Shown here piece after piece: positions 28,884-38,537 of a DNA stretch of 51,633 bases. The notes under the pieces are model-generated. The model worked only from the letters and a program-made list of their open reading frames with translations, made no database searches and was not told where the DNA came from. The translations under genes were made by a program, and so were the position numbers. Location: NCBI GenBank assembly GCA_902490095.1, contig CABUCQ010000001.1:1-51633 (forward strand), written 5' to 3'. Position 1 is the first letter of the stretch, and each line of letters begins with the position of its first letter. Origin of the DNA: an uncultured Collinsella sp. GTDB taxonomy: Bacteria; Actinomycetota; Coriobacteriia; Coriobacteriales; Coriobacteriaceae.

Positions 28884-30784
28884 TTGAGTGTCGGGGCGTT
28901 TCCTTTAGTTATGACGGTGCCGCACCGGCGCTCGACGGCGTCGATCTGAACATCGAGGACGGGGAGTTTTTCTGCATCCTCGGTGGCAATGGGTCGGGCA
29001 AGTCGACGTTTGCCAAGCATCTGAATGCGCTGTTGCAGCCCGATGCGGGCACGGTACGCATCAACGGCATGGATGCGTCCGACCCCGAGCTGGTCTACGA
29101 CATTCGTTCGACCGCGGGCATGGTATTCCAGAATCCCGACGACCAGCTGGTGGCAACGCTTGTCGAAGATGACATTGCGTTTGGTCCCGAAAACCTAGGC
29201 GTGCCATCGGCGCAAATTGCGCAGCGCGTACGCGAGGCGCTGAAGGGCGTGGGCCTGGTGGGCTTTGAGCACCACGAGACCCATGCGCTTTCGGGCGGCC
29301 AAAAGCAGCGCGTGGCGCTTGCCGGCGTGCTTGCCATGGAACCGCGCGTGCTCATATTGGACGAGGCTTCCTCGATGCTTGATCCGCGTGGGCGCAAGGG
29401 CCTCATGAAGGCTTGCCGCGCGTTGCACGATCGCGGCATGACCATCGTGATGATTACGCACTTTATGGAAGAGGCCGCCGAGGCCGATCGTGTCGCGGTG
29501 TTTCGGGCGGGGCATGTTGCCATGCTGGGTACGCCCGAGGAGATTCTGACGCGGGCGAATGAACTCGCTCAGCTCAACCTGGATATGCCGGCGTCGTGCT
29601 GCTTAGGTAGGACACTTCGTGCGAAGGGCGTGCCCGTTTGCGCGCAGGTACGTGAGGCGGATATGGTCGCCGAGATTGCGCAGACTTATGCCGAGCGAAG
29701 TGGGGCAGGCACCGCGGGGCAGTCTTCCGCATCCCAGTTGGAAATCGCTGACGGCACTGTTCCGGTAGACAACGAGGGCAACGCGTCGGAGCCCGTCATA
29801 GAGCTATCCCATGTTTCGTACAGTTATTCGCTCAGTCCGCGCGAGCGCCACCGCTGGCACAAGCGCTCGGCCACTGCGGACAAATCGAACAAACAGGCTC
29901 TCTGGGGAAACGACCCAAGCAGCCCGTGGGCGCTGCGCGATGTATCGCTGACGGTGCGTCGCGGCGAGTTCCTGGGCTTGGCAGGTCATACCGGTTCGGG
30001 TAAGTCGACGCTGGTCCAGCATCTCAACGGTTTGATTCGCCCCCAGGAGGGATCCGTTCGCGCGCTGGGGCTCGATCTGTCAAACAAGAAAGACGCCGCC
30101 GCGGTTAAGGCCAAGGTCGGCGTGGTGTTTCAATATCCTGAGCGTCAGCTGTTTGCCGAAACCGTGGCGCAGGACGTGGCGTTTGGTCCGCATAACCTTG
30201 GCTTGCCGCAAGATGAAGTCGACCGTCGTGTCGAGTCATCGCTCTCACGCGTGGGCCTCGACCTTTCCACGGTCGGCGACAAGAGTCCCTTTGAGCTTTC
30301 GGGCGGCCAGCAGCGCCGCGTGGCATTCGCCGGCGTGCTCGCCATGGAGCCCGAAGTCCTGGTGCTCGATGAACCCATGGCGGGGCTCGATCCGGCTGCG
30401 CGCAGGGATTTCCTAGGGCTCATCGATCGACTCCATCGCGAGGGCCTGACCGTTGTCATGGTTTCGCACAGCATGGATGACCTGGCCAATTGCTGCGACC
30501 GTATCGTCGTAATGAACGAAGGTGCGGTGTTTGCCGAGGGAACCCCCGCTCAGGTGTTTGCGCATGCGGATGAGCTTAAATCAATCGGCTTGGGTGTTCC
30601 CGCTGCCCAGCGCATGGCGCTGGCGCTTGCGAAGGCAGGCGTGCCGCTGCGCTTTGACGGCCTTTATACGGTTGAGTCGCTGGCAGACGAGTTGGTGGAC
30701 CTGCTAATCGGTCGCTCGGGCGGTCCTTCTAACGTCGCGGACATTGCTAAATCCAAGACGGTCGCGCGAGAGGAGGGCTGCTAA
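28880..30784 (+). CDS. ecfA: ECF transporter fused double ATPase (EcfA-EcfA')
   Basis: Two Walker A motifs (GGNGSGKST, GHTGSGKST), FQNPD/FQYPE Q-loops and LSGGQ twice. Confidence 0.92.
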   Translation: MIECRGVSFSYDGAAPALDGVDLNIEDGEFFCILGGNGSGKSTFAKHLNALLQPDAGTVRINGMDASDPELVYDIRSTAGMVFQNPDDQLVATLVEDDIAFGPENLGVPSAQIAQRVREALKGVGLVGFEHHETHALSGGQKQRVALAGVLAMEPRVLILDEASSMLDPRGRKGLMKACRALHDRGMTIVMITHFMEEAAEADRVAVFRAGHVAMLGTPEEILTRANELAQLNLDMPASCCLGRTLRAKGVPVCAQVREADMVAEIAQTYAERSGAGTAGQSSASQLEIADGTVPVDNEGNASEPVIELSHVSYSYSLSPRERHRWHKRSATADKSNKQALWGNDPSSPWALRDVSLTVRRGEFLGLAGHTGSGKSTLVQHLNGLIRPQEGSVRALGLDLSNKKDAAAVKAKVGVVFQYPERQLFAETVAQDVAFGPHNLGLPQDEVDRRVESSLSRVGLDLSTVGDKSPFELSGGQQRRVAFAGVLAMEPEVLVLDEPMAGLDPAARRDFLGLIDRLHREGLTVVMVSHSMDDLANCCDRIVVMNEGAVFAEGTPAQVFAHADELKSIGLGVPAAQRMALALAKAGVPLRFDGLYTVESLADELVDLLIGRSGGPSNVADIAKSKTVAREEGC

Positions 30785-31584
30785 TGGAGGCGTTTTCGTT
30801 TGGCAGCTACTATCCCGGCGATAGTGCGATCCACCGCCTAGACCCGCGAACTAAGTTGCTCTTGGGCTTTGTGTTTCTGATCACGACGCTCACAGTCAGC
30901 AGCTTCCGCGGACTGGTCCCGGTCGCAATCTTCGTTGTCCTGATCTATACCGTGTCCCGGGTGCCGTTGCGCCGGGTCCTATCATCGATGGCGCCGCTGC
31001 TGGCAATCGTCGTCGTGGTCGCGGTGCTCAACTTGTTTACCGATCAGAGTGGGCGCATCTTGTGGCAGCTCGGCTTTCTGCAGATAAGCGAGGGCTCGCT
31101 GCGTTCTGCGGCGTTTATGGCGTGCCGCCTGACCCTGATGATGGCCGGCATGAGCGCCATTACGCTCACCACCCCCACGCTCGACCTCACCGCGGGCTTT
31201 GAGCATCTGCTCGCACCGTTTGCGCGCGTGGGGCTCCCTGCGCATGAGCTCGGCATGATCATGGGTATCGCGTTGCGCTTTATGCCGCAGTTCGCCACCG
31301 AGATGAAGCAGACGGCGGACGCGCAGGCAAGCCGCGGCGCGCGCGTGACGTGCGGTCCGCTCGGCGGCGTGCGTATGCTCGGCAGTGTGGCGATTCCGCT
31401 GTTCACGGGCGTGTTCCGTCATGCCGAGACGCTTTCGGCCGCCATGGATGCCCGTTGCTATCATGGCGAGCAGGGCCGCACACGTTTGCATGCGCTTGCA
31501 TTTGGCCGCAGCGATGCGTTGGCGGCGGTGGTGACGGCGTTGCTGCTCATCTGCGTCATCGTCATCAATCTTCAACTTGTTTAG
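30784..31584 (+). CDS. ecfT: ECF transporter T component
   Basis: HRLDPRTKL, ALRFMP, AQASRG and AMDARCY motifs. Confidence 0.93.
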   Translation: MEAFSFGSYYPGDSAIHRLDPRTKLLLGFVFLITTLTVSSFRGLVPVAIFVVLIYTVSRVPLRRVLSSMAPLLAIVVVVAVLNLFTDQSGRILWQLGFLQISEGSLRSAAFMACRLTLMMAGMSAITLTTPTLDLTAGFEHLLAPFARVGLPAHELGMIMGIALRFMPQFATEMKQTADAQASRGARVTCGPLGGVRMLGSVAIPLFTGVFRHAETLSAAMDARCYHGEQGRTRLHALAFGRSDALAAVVTALLLICVIVINLQLV

Positions 31585-31614
31585 GCGCGATTCGAGCGCA
31601 AGAAAGGGGTCCCT

Positions 31615-32061
31615 ATGACCGACAACGACCGCACGGCTCAGCTTGAGCGCGCCTGTTCGTATCTCAGGCGCATTCCGGCGTGGTATCTGGCCACGACCGA
31701 TGTGGCCGACGGGTATCAGCCTCGCGTGAGGCCGTTTTCATTTGCCATGGTCGATGACGGTAAGCTGTGGTTTTGCACATCGCGCGACAAGGATGTGTGG
31801 GCGGAGCTGAGTGCGAATCCCAAGTTTGAACTCTCGGGCTGGAAGCCGGGGGAATGTTGGATCGTGTTGACCGGCGAGGCCGCACTTGAGGACGACGCAG
31901 TTGCGAGCGACAAGGTGCGTCAAGCGGGTTTTAAGCACATGGTGGGCATCGGCGAGGAACACGAGAGCGCCAACGACGGCCGCCTTGCGTTCTTCTCGGT
32001 CCGCAACATCGCCGCGCGGTTCTGCGATATCGACGGCAGCGAGGAGCGCCTGGAGCTCTAG
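31615..32061 (+). CDS. Pyridoxamine 5'-phosphate oxidase-like FMN-binding split-barrel protein
   Basis: YLAT..QPRVRPF, LWFCT..KDVW.EL..NP.FE motifs. Confidence 0.85.
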   Translation: MTDNDRTAQLERACSYLRRIPAWYLATTDVADGYQPRVRPFSFAMVDDGKLWFCTSRDKDVWAELSANPKFELSGWKPGECWIVLTGEAALEDDAVASDKVRQAGFKHMVGIGEEHESANDGRLAFFSVRNIAARFCDIDGSEERLEL

Positions 32062-32105
32062 CTCACACAAACCAGGCTCCCAAACTAGCTAGTACAGGAG
32101 GAAAC

Positions 32106-32516
32106 GTGGACGGATTGAATACGGTTTTGGAGTATTTGACGTCGGTGCCGGCGTGGTATCTGGCGACAAGCGTGGACGGGCAGCCACATGTGCGTCCGTT
32201 CTCGTTTGCACAGATTCAGGACGGCAAGCTGTGGTTTGTGACGGCGCGCACCAAAGATGTGTGGCAAGAGCTTCTGCAAAACCAGCGCTTTGAGGCCACG
32301 AGTTGGTGGCCGGGCCATGGTTGGTTGATCCTGCGCGGGCGTGCGGGGCTGGAAGACCGGGCTTCGAGTGAAATGCGCGAGGCCGGTTGGAAGCATCTTG
32401 AGCGCCTGGGCGAGCACTATGAGGGGCCTAACGACCCCATGCTCGTCTTCTTTAGCGTCGAGGATCCCGAGGCTTTTATCTGCAATCACGACGAATGGGT
32501 GCCGGTCGAGCTCTAG
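32106..32516 (+). CDS. Pyridoxamine 5'-phosphate oxidase-like protein (tandem paralog)
   Basis: PAWYLATSVDGQPHVRPFSFA, KLWFVTARTKDVWQEL; clear similarity to the upstream gene. Confidence 0.85.
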   Translation: MDGLNTVLEYLTSVPAWYLATSVDGQPHVRPFSFAQIQDGKLWFVTARTKDVWQELLQNQRFEATSWWPGHGWLILRGRAGLEDRASSEMREAGWKHLERLGEHYEGPNDPMLVFFSVEDPEAFICNHDEWVPVEL

Positions 32517-32555
32517 CCAGCTGGCTCATCCTAACAACTTAGTTTTCGCATGGGC

Positions 32556-32606
32556 GGGCCCCGTGTTGCCCGGCACCGTAAGGAGTGCCGGTCAATACGG
32601 GGCCCG
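32556..32606. terminator. Long hairpin / probable terminator
   Basis: GGGCCCCGTGTTG.CCGGCAC-loop-GTGCCGG.CAATACGGGGCCC. Confidence 0.55.
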
Positions 32607-32651
32607 CTCCATTTGTCAATTCCTTCAAGCGAATGTGTCGGGAATGTTTCA

Positions 32652-32688
32652 ATGCATGAATATGCAAGCCATTTACGTATTCATGCAT
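32652..32688. promoter_or_regulatory. Tandem ARG boxes (ArgR operators)
   Basis: TGCATGAATATGCA (32653-32666) and TACGTATTCATGCA (32674-32687) upstream of argC resemble the actinobacterial TGCATnnnnATGCA box. Confidence 0.7.
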
Positions 32689-32773
32689 CTTTTGGTGCTA
32701 AAGTTTCAACCCACTTCATAACGACCGCTGCGAAATGCGCATCGGTGCATAAATCGCAGACAAGGAGTCTGAT

Positions 32774-33844
32774 ATGTCTTTGAAGGTTGGAATCGTCGGC
32801 GCGGCTGGATATGCCGGAGCCGAGCTCATTCGCCTCGTGCTCGGTCATCCCGAGTTTGAACTTGTCGCCATTACGTCCAACGCCGATGCCGGCCAGCCGT
32901 TGTCTGCGGTGTACCCGAGCTTCACCGGCGTAAGCGATCTTGTCTTCACGACGCATGATGCCCCCGAGCTCAAGAACTGCGACGCGGTATTTTTGGCCGT
33001 GCCGCACACCGCCGCCATGGCGCAGGTGCCCGCCCTGCTTGCCGCAGACGTTTCCTGCTTTGATCTTTCGGCCGATTACCGCCTGAGCGATCCGGCCGTG
33101 TTTGAGGCATGGTATGCCGCCGAGCACACGAGCCCCGAGCTACTCAAGACACGTGCCTTCGGCCTGCCCGAGCTGTTCTGCCAGGACTTGGAGACCGCTG
33201 CTTCCAGCCATGCTGCTGGCAGGCCCGTGTTGGTCGCCTGCGCCGGCTGCTATCCCACCGCAACGAGCCTTGCCGCCGCGCCTGCCGTGCGCGCCGGCTG
33301 GGTTGCCCAGAGCGGCCCCGTGATCGTTGACGCTATCAGCGGTGTAACGGGTGCCGGTAAGTCCTGCAACGCCCGTACGCATTTTTGCAGCGCGGACGAA
33401 AACCTGGAGGCCTATGGCGTGGGCAAGCATCGTCACACGCCCGAAATCGAGCAGATCTTGGGCCTAACCGATCGCGTCGTCTTTACCCCGCACCTGGCAC
33501 CGCTCAAGCGCGGTCTGCTCTCTACGGTGACGATGCCGCTTACGCCGCAGGCTATCGATACCTTGACCCTTGAGGACGTTGTCGACCATTACAAGCAGTT
33601 CTACGCCGGTCGAACCTTCGTGCGCGTACTCGATGCCGGCCAGCAGCCCAAGACGGCTTCGGTCGTCGGCACCAACGCCGCCCAGATCGGCCTCGCGCTC
33701 AACAAGCGCGCGGGCGTTCTGGTGGCTACGGGCGCCATCGACAATCTGTGCAAGGGTGCAGCAGGCCAGGCGGTCCAGTGCGCCAACATCGTCTTTGGTT
33801 TTGACGAGCGACGAGGCTTGCCCACAGTGGCGTGCCCGGTGTAG
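32774..33844 (+). CDS. argC: N-acetyl-gamma-glutamyl-phosphate reductase
   Basis: GAAGYAG, DLSADYR, GCYPT, SGVTGAG and DNLCKGAAGQAVQ motifs. Confidence 0.97.
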   Translation: MSLKVGIVGAAGYAGAELIRLVLGHPEFELVAITSNADAGQPLSAVYPSFTGVSDLVFTTHDAPELKNCDAVFLAVPHTAAMAQVPALLAADVSCFDLSADYRLSDPAVFEAWYAAEHTSPELLKTRAFGLPELFCQDLETAASSHAAGRPVLVACAGCYPTATSLAAAPAVRAGWVAQSGPVIVDAISGVTGAGKSCNARTHFCSADENLEAYGVGKHRHTPEIEQILGLTDRVVFTPHLAPLKRGLLSTVTMPLTPQAIDTLTLEDVVDHYKQFYAGRTFVRVLDAGQQPKTASVVGTNAAQIGLALNKRAGVLVATGAIDNLCKGAAGQAVQCANIVFGFDERRGLPTVACPV

Positions 33845-33978
33845 CACATTCGATTGTTAGCGATTTGGTAGTCGGGCATCGAGTGGGGCGCCACTCCTAA
33901 GCTGGTCTCATGATTGTGGCTGGCATGGCGCACCAACCGATGCCCATTTTTTGTTTGATATAAGGAGTCATAAAGACG

Positions 33979-35247
33979 ATGAATGCTGAGCAGTTCGATA
34001 TCAAAATTCGTGCCGTAGAGGGCGGCGTAACGGCGGCAGCCGGCTTTAAGGCCGCGGGTATTCATGCCGGATTCCGCAAGAATCCCGAGCGCTTGGATTA
34101 CGCGCTTGTCGTGCCCGATAAGCCCTGTCCCGGCGCCGGCGTGTTTACGACCAACCGCTTTTGCGCAGCGCCTGTGCAGGTGAGCCGCGCCAATCTGGGC
34201 GGCGCCGACAAGGGCTATGGCATCATCGCCGGTGTTTCTATCAACTCCGGCAACGCCAACGCCGCCACGGGTGAGACCGGTCTTGCCTGCGCGCGCGAGA
34301 CCTGCAACATCGCCTCGCAGGTCATCGGCTGCGAGCCCCAGCAGATTCTGGTCGCCTCCACGGGTGTAATTGGTCAGATTCTGCCGATTGACACGTTTGA
34401 GACTGCCGTTCCTGCCGCCTACGAGGCGCTCTCCGCCCACGGTGGCGCCGATGCCGCCCGCGCTATCATGACGACCGACACGCACTCCAAGGAGTATGCC
34501 GTGTGTTACCGCAGCGAGGCCGCGGGGCACGCAGGCAATGCCTATACGGTGGGCGGTATGTGCAAGGGCTCGGGCATGATCATGCCCAACATGGCAACCA
34601 TGATCGCGGTCATCACTACCGATGCCCCCGTCGAGCCGGAGGCGCTCCATGCCCTGTTGCTCTCCACCGTCAAACAGACCTTCAACAAGGTAACGGTCGA
34701 TTCCGACACCTCGACTAACGACACCTGCATCATGCTTGCCTCCGGCGCCGCTGCCGCAGATGCCGAGCCTATTGTCGAGGGCTCTGACGCCTTCGACGAG
34801 CTAGCCTTTGCCGTGCATGAGGTGTGCGAGAGCCTGGCGCGCAACATCGCCGCAGATGGCGAGGGCGCATCCAAGCTCGTGACGGTTAACGTCACCGGCG
34901 CCGTGAACGACGAGGAGGCCGATATCGCCGCTCGTGCCGTCGCCAACTCGCCGCTCGTCAAGACCTGCATTGCCGGCCACGATTGCAACTGGGGCCGCGT
35001 TGCCATGGCGCTCGGTAAGTGCGGCGTGCAGTTTAACCAAGAAGATGTGTCCATCGACATGATGGGTATGCCCGTCTGTCGCGATGGCCTGACGGTCCCC
35101 TTCGATGAGGACGAAGCCCTGCGACGTTTTGAGGCGCCCGAGATTGTGATCTCGGCAGACCTGGGTGCAGGGGACGCGGCGACCACCGTGTGGACTTGCG
35201 ACCTCACGCACGAGTACATCTCCATTAACGGTGACTACCGTTCCTAG
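33979..35247 (+). CDS. argJ: Ornithine acetyltransferase / N-acetylglutamate synthase
   Basis: NSGNANA, STGVIG, IMTTDT, KGSGMIMPNMATM, DTSTND and DGEGA motifs. Confidence 0.97.
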   Translation: MNAEQFDIKIRAVEGGVTAAAGFKAAGIHAGFRKNPERLDYALVVPDKPCPGAGVFTTNRFCAAPVQVSRANLGGADKGYGIIAGVSINSGNANAATGETGLACARETCNIASQVIGCEPQQILVASTGVIGQILPIDTFETAVPAAYEALSAHGGADAARAIMTTDTHSKEYAVCYRSEAAGHAGNAYTVGGMCKGSGMIMPNMATMIAVITTDAPVEPEALHALLLSTVKQTFNKVTVDSDTSTNDTCIMLASGAAAADAEPIVEGSDAFDELAFAVHEVCESLARNIAADGEGASKLVTVNVTGAVNDEEADIAARAVANSPLVKTCIAGHDCNWGRVAMALGKCGVQFNQEDVSIDMMGMPVCRDGLTVPFDEDEALRRFEAPEIVISADLGAGDAATTVWTCDLTHEYISINGDYRS

Positions 35248-35328
35248 ACTCCCGATGTGCCGTGCATCCCGCTGCAATCTCGGGCAACGAGGTACGGCGC
35301 GATAGCTAAACGAAAGACGAGGCAGACT

Positions 35329-36309
35329 ATGAAGTTCGCACGCGATTGTCGCTCGAGCGAATCCAACGAAGTTACCGCGCAGCTGCTGTTCGAGGCGCTG
35401 CCGTGGATTAAGAACCTGACCGGTAAGACGGTCGTTATCAAGTACGGCGGTGCCGCCATGGTCGACGAGCAGCTGCGTCGTGACGTGATGAGCGACATCG
35501 TCCTGCTCAAGATTATCGGCATGCGCCCTGTTATCGTGCACGGCGGCGGCAAGGCCATCAACGAGGCGCTCAGCCACTACGACATCCCCGTCGAGTTTAA
35601 GAACGGCCAGCGCGTGACTACGCCTGCCACCATGGATATCGTGCGCGAGGTGCTGGGCGGCAAGGTCAATCAGGAGCTGGTCGCGGCGCTCAACCACCAC
35701 GGCAACCTGGCCGTGGGCGTGTCCGGTAGCGACGCCGGTACCCTTATCGCCGAGCCACTCGACCCAGAGCTCGGCCGCGTAGGCAAGGTCACGCACGTCA
35801 ACACCGACTATATCGAGCGTTTGCTCGACAGCGAGTACATTCCCGTTATCGCCACGGTCGCGGCGGGGGAGGACGGTGGCTTCTTCAACATCAACGCCGA
35901 TACCGCCGCCGGCGCCGTTGCAGCGGCGCTTCATGCGCACAAGGCGATTTTTTTGACCGATGTCGATGGTCTGTACAAGGACTTTAGCGACAAGGATTCG
36001 CTTATCTCCAACCTGACGCTCGATGAGGTCAATGAGATGCTCTACGGCGGCGAAGTCGACAAGGGCATGATTCCCAAGCTACGCGCCGCTGTCGATGCGC
36101 TTGCCGCCGGTGTGTTCCGCGCGCACATCATCAACGGCACCACGCCGCATTCGCTGCTCCTGGAGCTGCTGACCGATGCCGGCGTCGGCACCGTGATCCA
36201 CTCCACCGAGACGGCTTACGAGTTCGATACGCATCCGCACCCGCTTTCGACGTTTGCGGCGCGCCTGACCGAGAACCTCGACGAGGTCGAGAAGCTCCAG
36301 ACGGTCTAG
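35329..36309 (+). CDS. argB: Acetylglutamate kinase
   Basis: VIKYGGAAM, VHGGG, NINAD and GMIPK motifs. Confidence 0.96.
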   Translation: MKFARDCRSSESNEVTAQLLFEALPWIKNLTGKTVVIKYGGAAMVDEQLRRDVMSDIVLLKIIGMRPVIVHGGGKAINEALSHYDIPVEFKNGQRVTTPATMDIVREVLGGKVNQELVAALNHHGNLAVGVSGSDAGTLIAEPLDPELGRVGKVTHVNTDYIERLLDSEYIPVIATVAAGEDGGFFNINADTAAGAVAAALHAHKAIFLTDVDGLYKDFSDKDSLISNLTLDEVNEMLYGGEVDKGMIPKLRAAVDALAAGVFRAHIINGTTPHSLLLELLTDAGVGTVIHSTETAYEFDTHPHPLSTFAARLTENLDEVEKLQTV

Positions 36310-36378
36310 CCGACCCGCGGTCGTCGCGTCCCTGCACCCATAGCCCTGCGCCGTACGGCGCCCAACGAAAGGCATCCC

Positions 36379-37662
36379 ATGTCACTTGCAACTCAACAAT
36401 CGCTCGAATCCCATTACGTTATGCATACCTTTGGCCGCTCTCCGGTCGAGTTTGTCGAGGGTCACGGCATGAAGCTCACCGGCGACGATGGCCGTGAGTA
36501 CCTCGACTTTCTTGCCGGCATCGGCGTGTGCAGCCTAGGTCATGGCGACCCGGCTGTGCTCTCGGCGCTCGAGGCACAGACCAAAAAGCTCATGCATGTC
36601 TCCAATTACTTCTACATCGAGCAGCGCGGACAGGTCGCGGCGCTGCTGTCCAAGCTTGCTAACGACGACGTAGATGGTGCGCGCGTGCTTGCCGATGCCA
36701 TTGTCGCCGGCGATGAGACCACGGCAGCTGCTCTTGGTGCCCCGGCTGCGGATGAGCAGGTTTGGGAGACCTTCTTTGCCAACTCTGGCGCCGAGGCCAA
36801 CGAAGGCTCGATGAAGCTCGCGCGCCTGTACGCCAAGCGTGCCGGTAATGGCGGTAACACCATCGTGTGCATGCGCGGCGGCTTCCACGGCCGTACGCTC
36901 GAGACCATTGCCGCCACCATGCAGGATTGGCTGCAGGACAGCTTCCGCCCGCTGCCGGGTGGCTTTGTGGCCTGCACGCCCAACGATGTGGATGAGCTGC
37001 GTGCGATCTTTAAGCAGCTGGGGAGCGAAATTTGTGCCGTGATGCTCGAGCCGATCCAGGGTGAGAGCGGTGTGCATCCCATGACCGAGGAGTTTATGGC
37101 GGCAGCGCGCGACTTGGCGCACGAGGTGGGTGCCGTGCTTATCGCCGACGAGGTCCAGTGCGGCATCTTCCGCTCTGGCAAGCCATTTGCATTCCAAACC
37201 TATGGCGTGGAGCCCGACATTATGAGCCTTGCCAAGGGCATTGCCGATGGCGTGCCCATGGGTGCCGTAGTGGCAAAGAAGGAGATTGCCGACGTGTTTA
37301 AGCCGGGGGACCACGGCTCGACCTTTGGCGGTAGCTGCTTGGCCGTCGCGGCGTGCGCCGCGACGCTCTCCGCGCTCGTGCGCGGCGATTATGCCGACCA
37401 TGCTGCCAAGGTGGGCGCCTATATGGAGGCAAAGCTCGCCAAGCTGCCGCACGTGACCGAGGTACGTGGCCGCGGCTTGATGCTCGGCTGTGATTTGGAT
37501 GATGCCGCGGGCGACGCGCATGATGTTGTTGCCCGCGCGCTGGCCGCCGGTGCCGTGATCAACGCTACGGGTGCGCATACGCTGCGTTTCCTGCCGCCAC
37601 TTGTCTGCGAGGAAGCCGACGTGGACAGCCTGATCGAGATACTGTCGGGTGTTTTGGGCTAA
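36379..37662 (+). CDS. argD: Acetylornithine aminotransferase
   Basis: NSGAEANE, FHGRT, EPIQGE, DEVQCG, AKG and HGSTFGG motifs. Confidence 0.95.
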   Translation: MSLATQQSLESHYVMHTFGRSPVEFVEGHGMKLTGDDGREYLDFLAGIGVCSLGHGDPAVLSALEAQTKKLMHVSNYFYIEQRGQVAALLSKLANDDVDGARVLADAIVAGDETTAAALGAPAADEQVWETFFANSGAEANEGSMKLARLYAKRAGNGGNTIVCMRGGFHGRTLETIAATMQDWLQDSFRPLPGGFVACTPNDVDELRAIFKQLGSEICAVMLEPIQGESGVHPMTEEFMAAARDLAHEVGAVLIADEVQCGIFRSGKPFAFQTYGVEPDIMSLAKGIADGVPMGAVVAKKEIADVFKPGDHGSTFGGSCLAVAACAATLSALVRGDYADHAAKVGAYMEAKLAKLPHVTEVRGRGLMLGCDLDDAAGDAHDVVARALAAGAVINATGAHTLRFLPPLVCEEADVDSLIEILSGVLG

Positions 37663-37778
37663 CGCGGCGCAATAACTCAATTTTGACCGGGTTCCGGACT
37701 GCGGACGTGCCCTATGCGGCATGATTCAGCGGTCTGGAACCCGTTTTGCCTTAGATTTGCTAAGGCAGGGAGACCTGC

Positions 37779-37995
37779 TGGTCAAAAAACATCAAATATG
37801 AGTACTGCTACCGATTTGATAGCAGCAATTTTGGACTAATAAGGCCAGATAGCAAGTCGAAATGGCGATGAAAGCATGATTTTGATCCAACTGTTAGTCC
37901 TTATAATGGACATATGTTGCGTAACTTAAGCAAATACTATCTTTTTATATGTTGCAAACAAAGTAGCAGTACTCATTTTTGCCATTTTTTGACCA
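37779..37995. mobile_element. AT-rich MITE-like element with 33-bp imperfect terminal inverted repeats
   Basis: 37779-37811 versus 37963-37995 match at 29/33 positions as reverse complements; interior is AT-rich and non-coding. Confidence 0.65.
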
Positions 37996-38015
37996 CGGCC
38001 TTTGCGATAGATGTG

Positions 38016-38292
38016 CTGGCGGGTTCGAATCCCTCTGCGATGGGCCCAAAAAAGAAAGGCTCCCATTGCTGGGAGCCTTTCAAATCAGTGGTGGGCGATG
38101 AGGGATGTCCGCGTGCGGCTGGCGCCGCCCGCTTCCGCTTCGGGCCTGCGGCCCTCGCGTGCTGCGCTGGAAAACGCTTCGCGTTTCCTCAGCTCCGCAC
38201 CCTGGCGGGTTCGAATCCCATGCGCTGGGCCCAAACAAAAAACGGTCCCCTTGCGAGGACCGTTTCCAATTCAGTGGTGGGCGATGAGGGAT
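38016..38292 (-). repeat. tRNA-linked tandem repeat (186-bp period) duplicating the tRNA-Val 3' end and terminator
   Basis: CTGGCGGGTTCGAATCCC at 38016 and 38202; TCAGTGGTGGGCGATGAGGGAT at 38085 and 38271; each unit has its own hairpin + U-tract. Confidence 0.85.
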
Positions 38293-38350
38293 TCGAACCC
38301 CCAGCCTTGTGCGTGTAAAGCACCTGCGCTAACCGTTGCGCCAATCGCCC
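38275..38350 (-). tRNA. tRNA-Val (TAC)
   Basis: Reverse complement GGGCGATTGGCGCAACGGTTAGCGCAGGTGCTT-TAC-ACGCACAAGGCTGGGGGTTCGAATCCCTCATCGCCCACCA; cloverleaf with CCA end. Confidence 0.96.
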
Positions 38351-38537
38351 GTGCGGAGAGAGTATAGCAAAACAATCGCCCCATTCACCTCATATCCATT
38401 AAAGGTAACTCGCGCGTGTCACAGCGGAGCTGATTCAGTTGAGATTGCCTGAACATTCCGCCCCTCTTTACGCCCTCGGGTATACTCAAAAGCTACTGAT
38501 TCGATTTGATGCCCAGCAACAGCAGAGGGGATAGTAT

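Noticed and set aside
38016..38292. Possible CRISPR array or second tRNA gene
   Set aside because: Only two units with a 186-bp period, no cas genes, and the duplicate has only 18 nt of the tRNA 3' end.
37914..38367. 134-aa and 118-aa ORFs with repeated peptides
   Set aside because: They are translations of the tRNA, its linked repeat and the MITE-like element.
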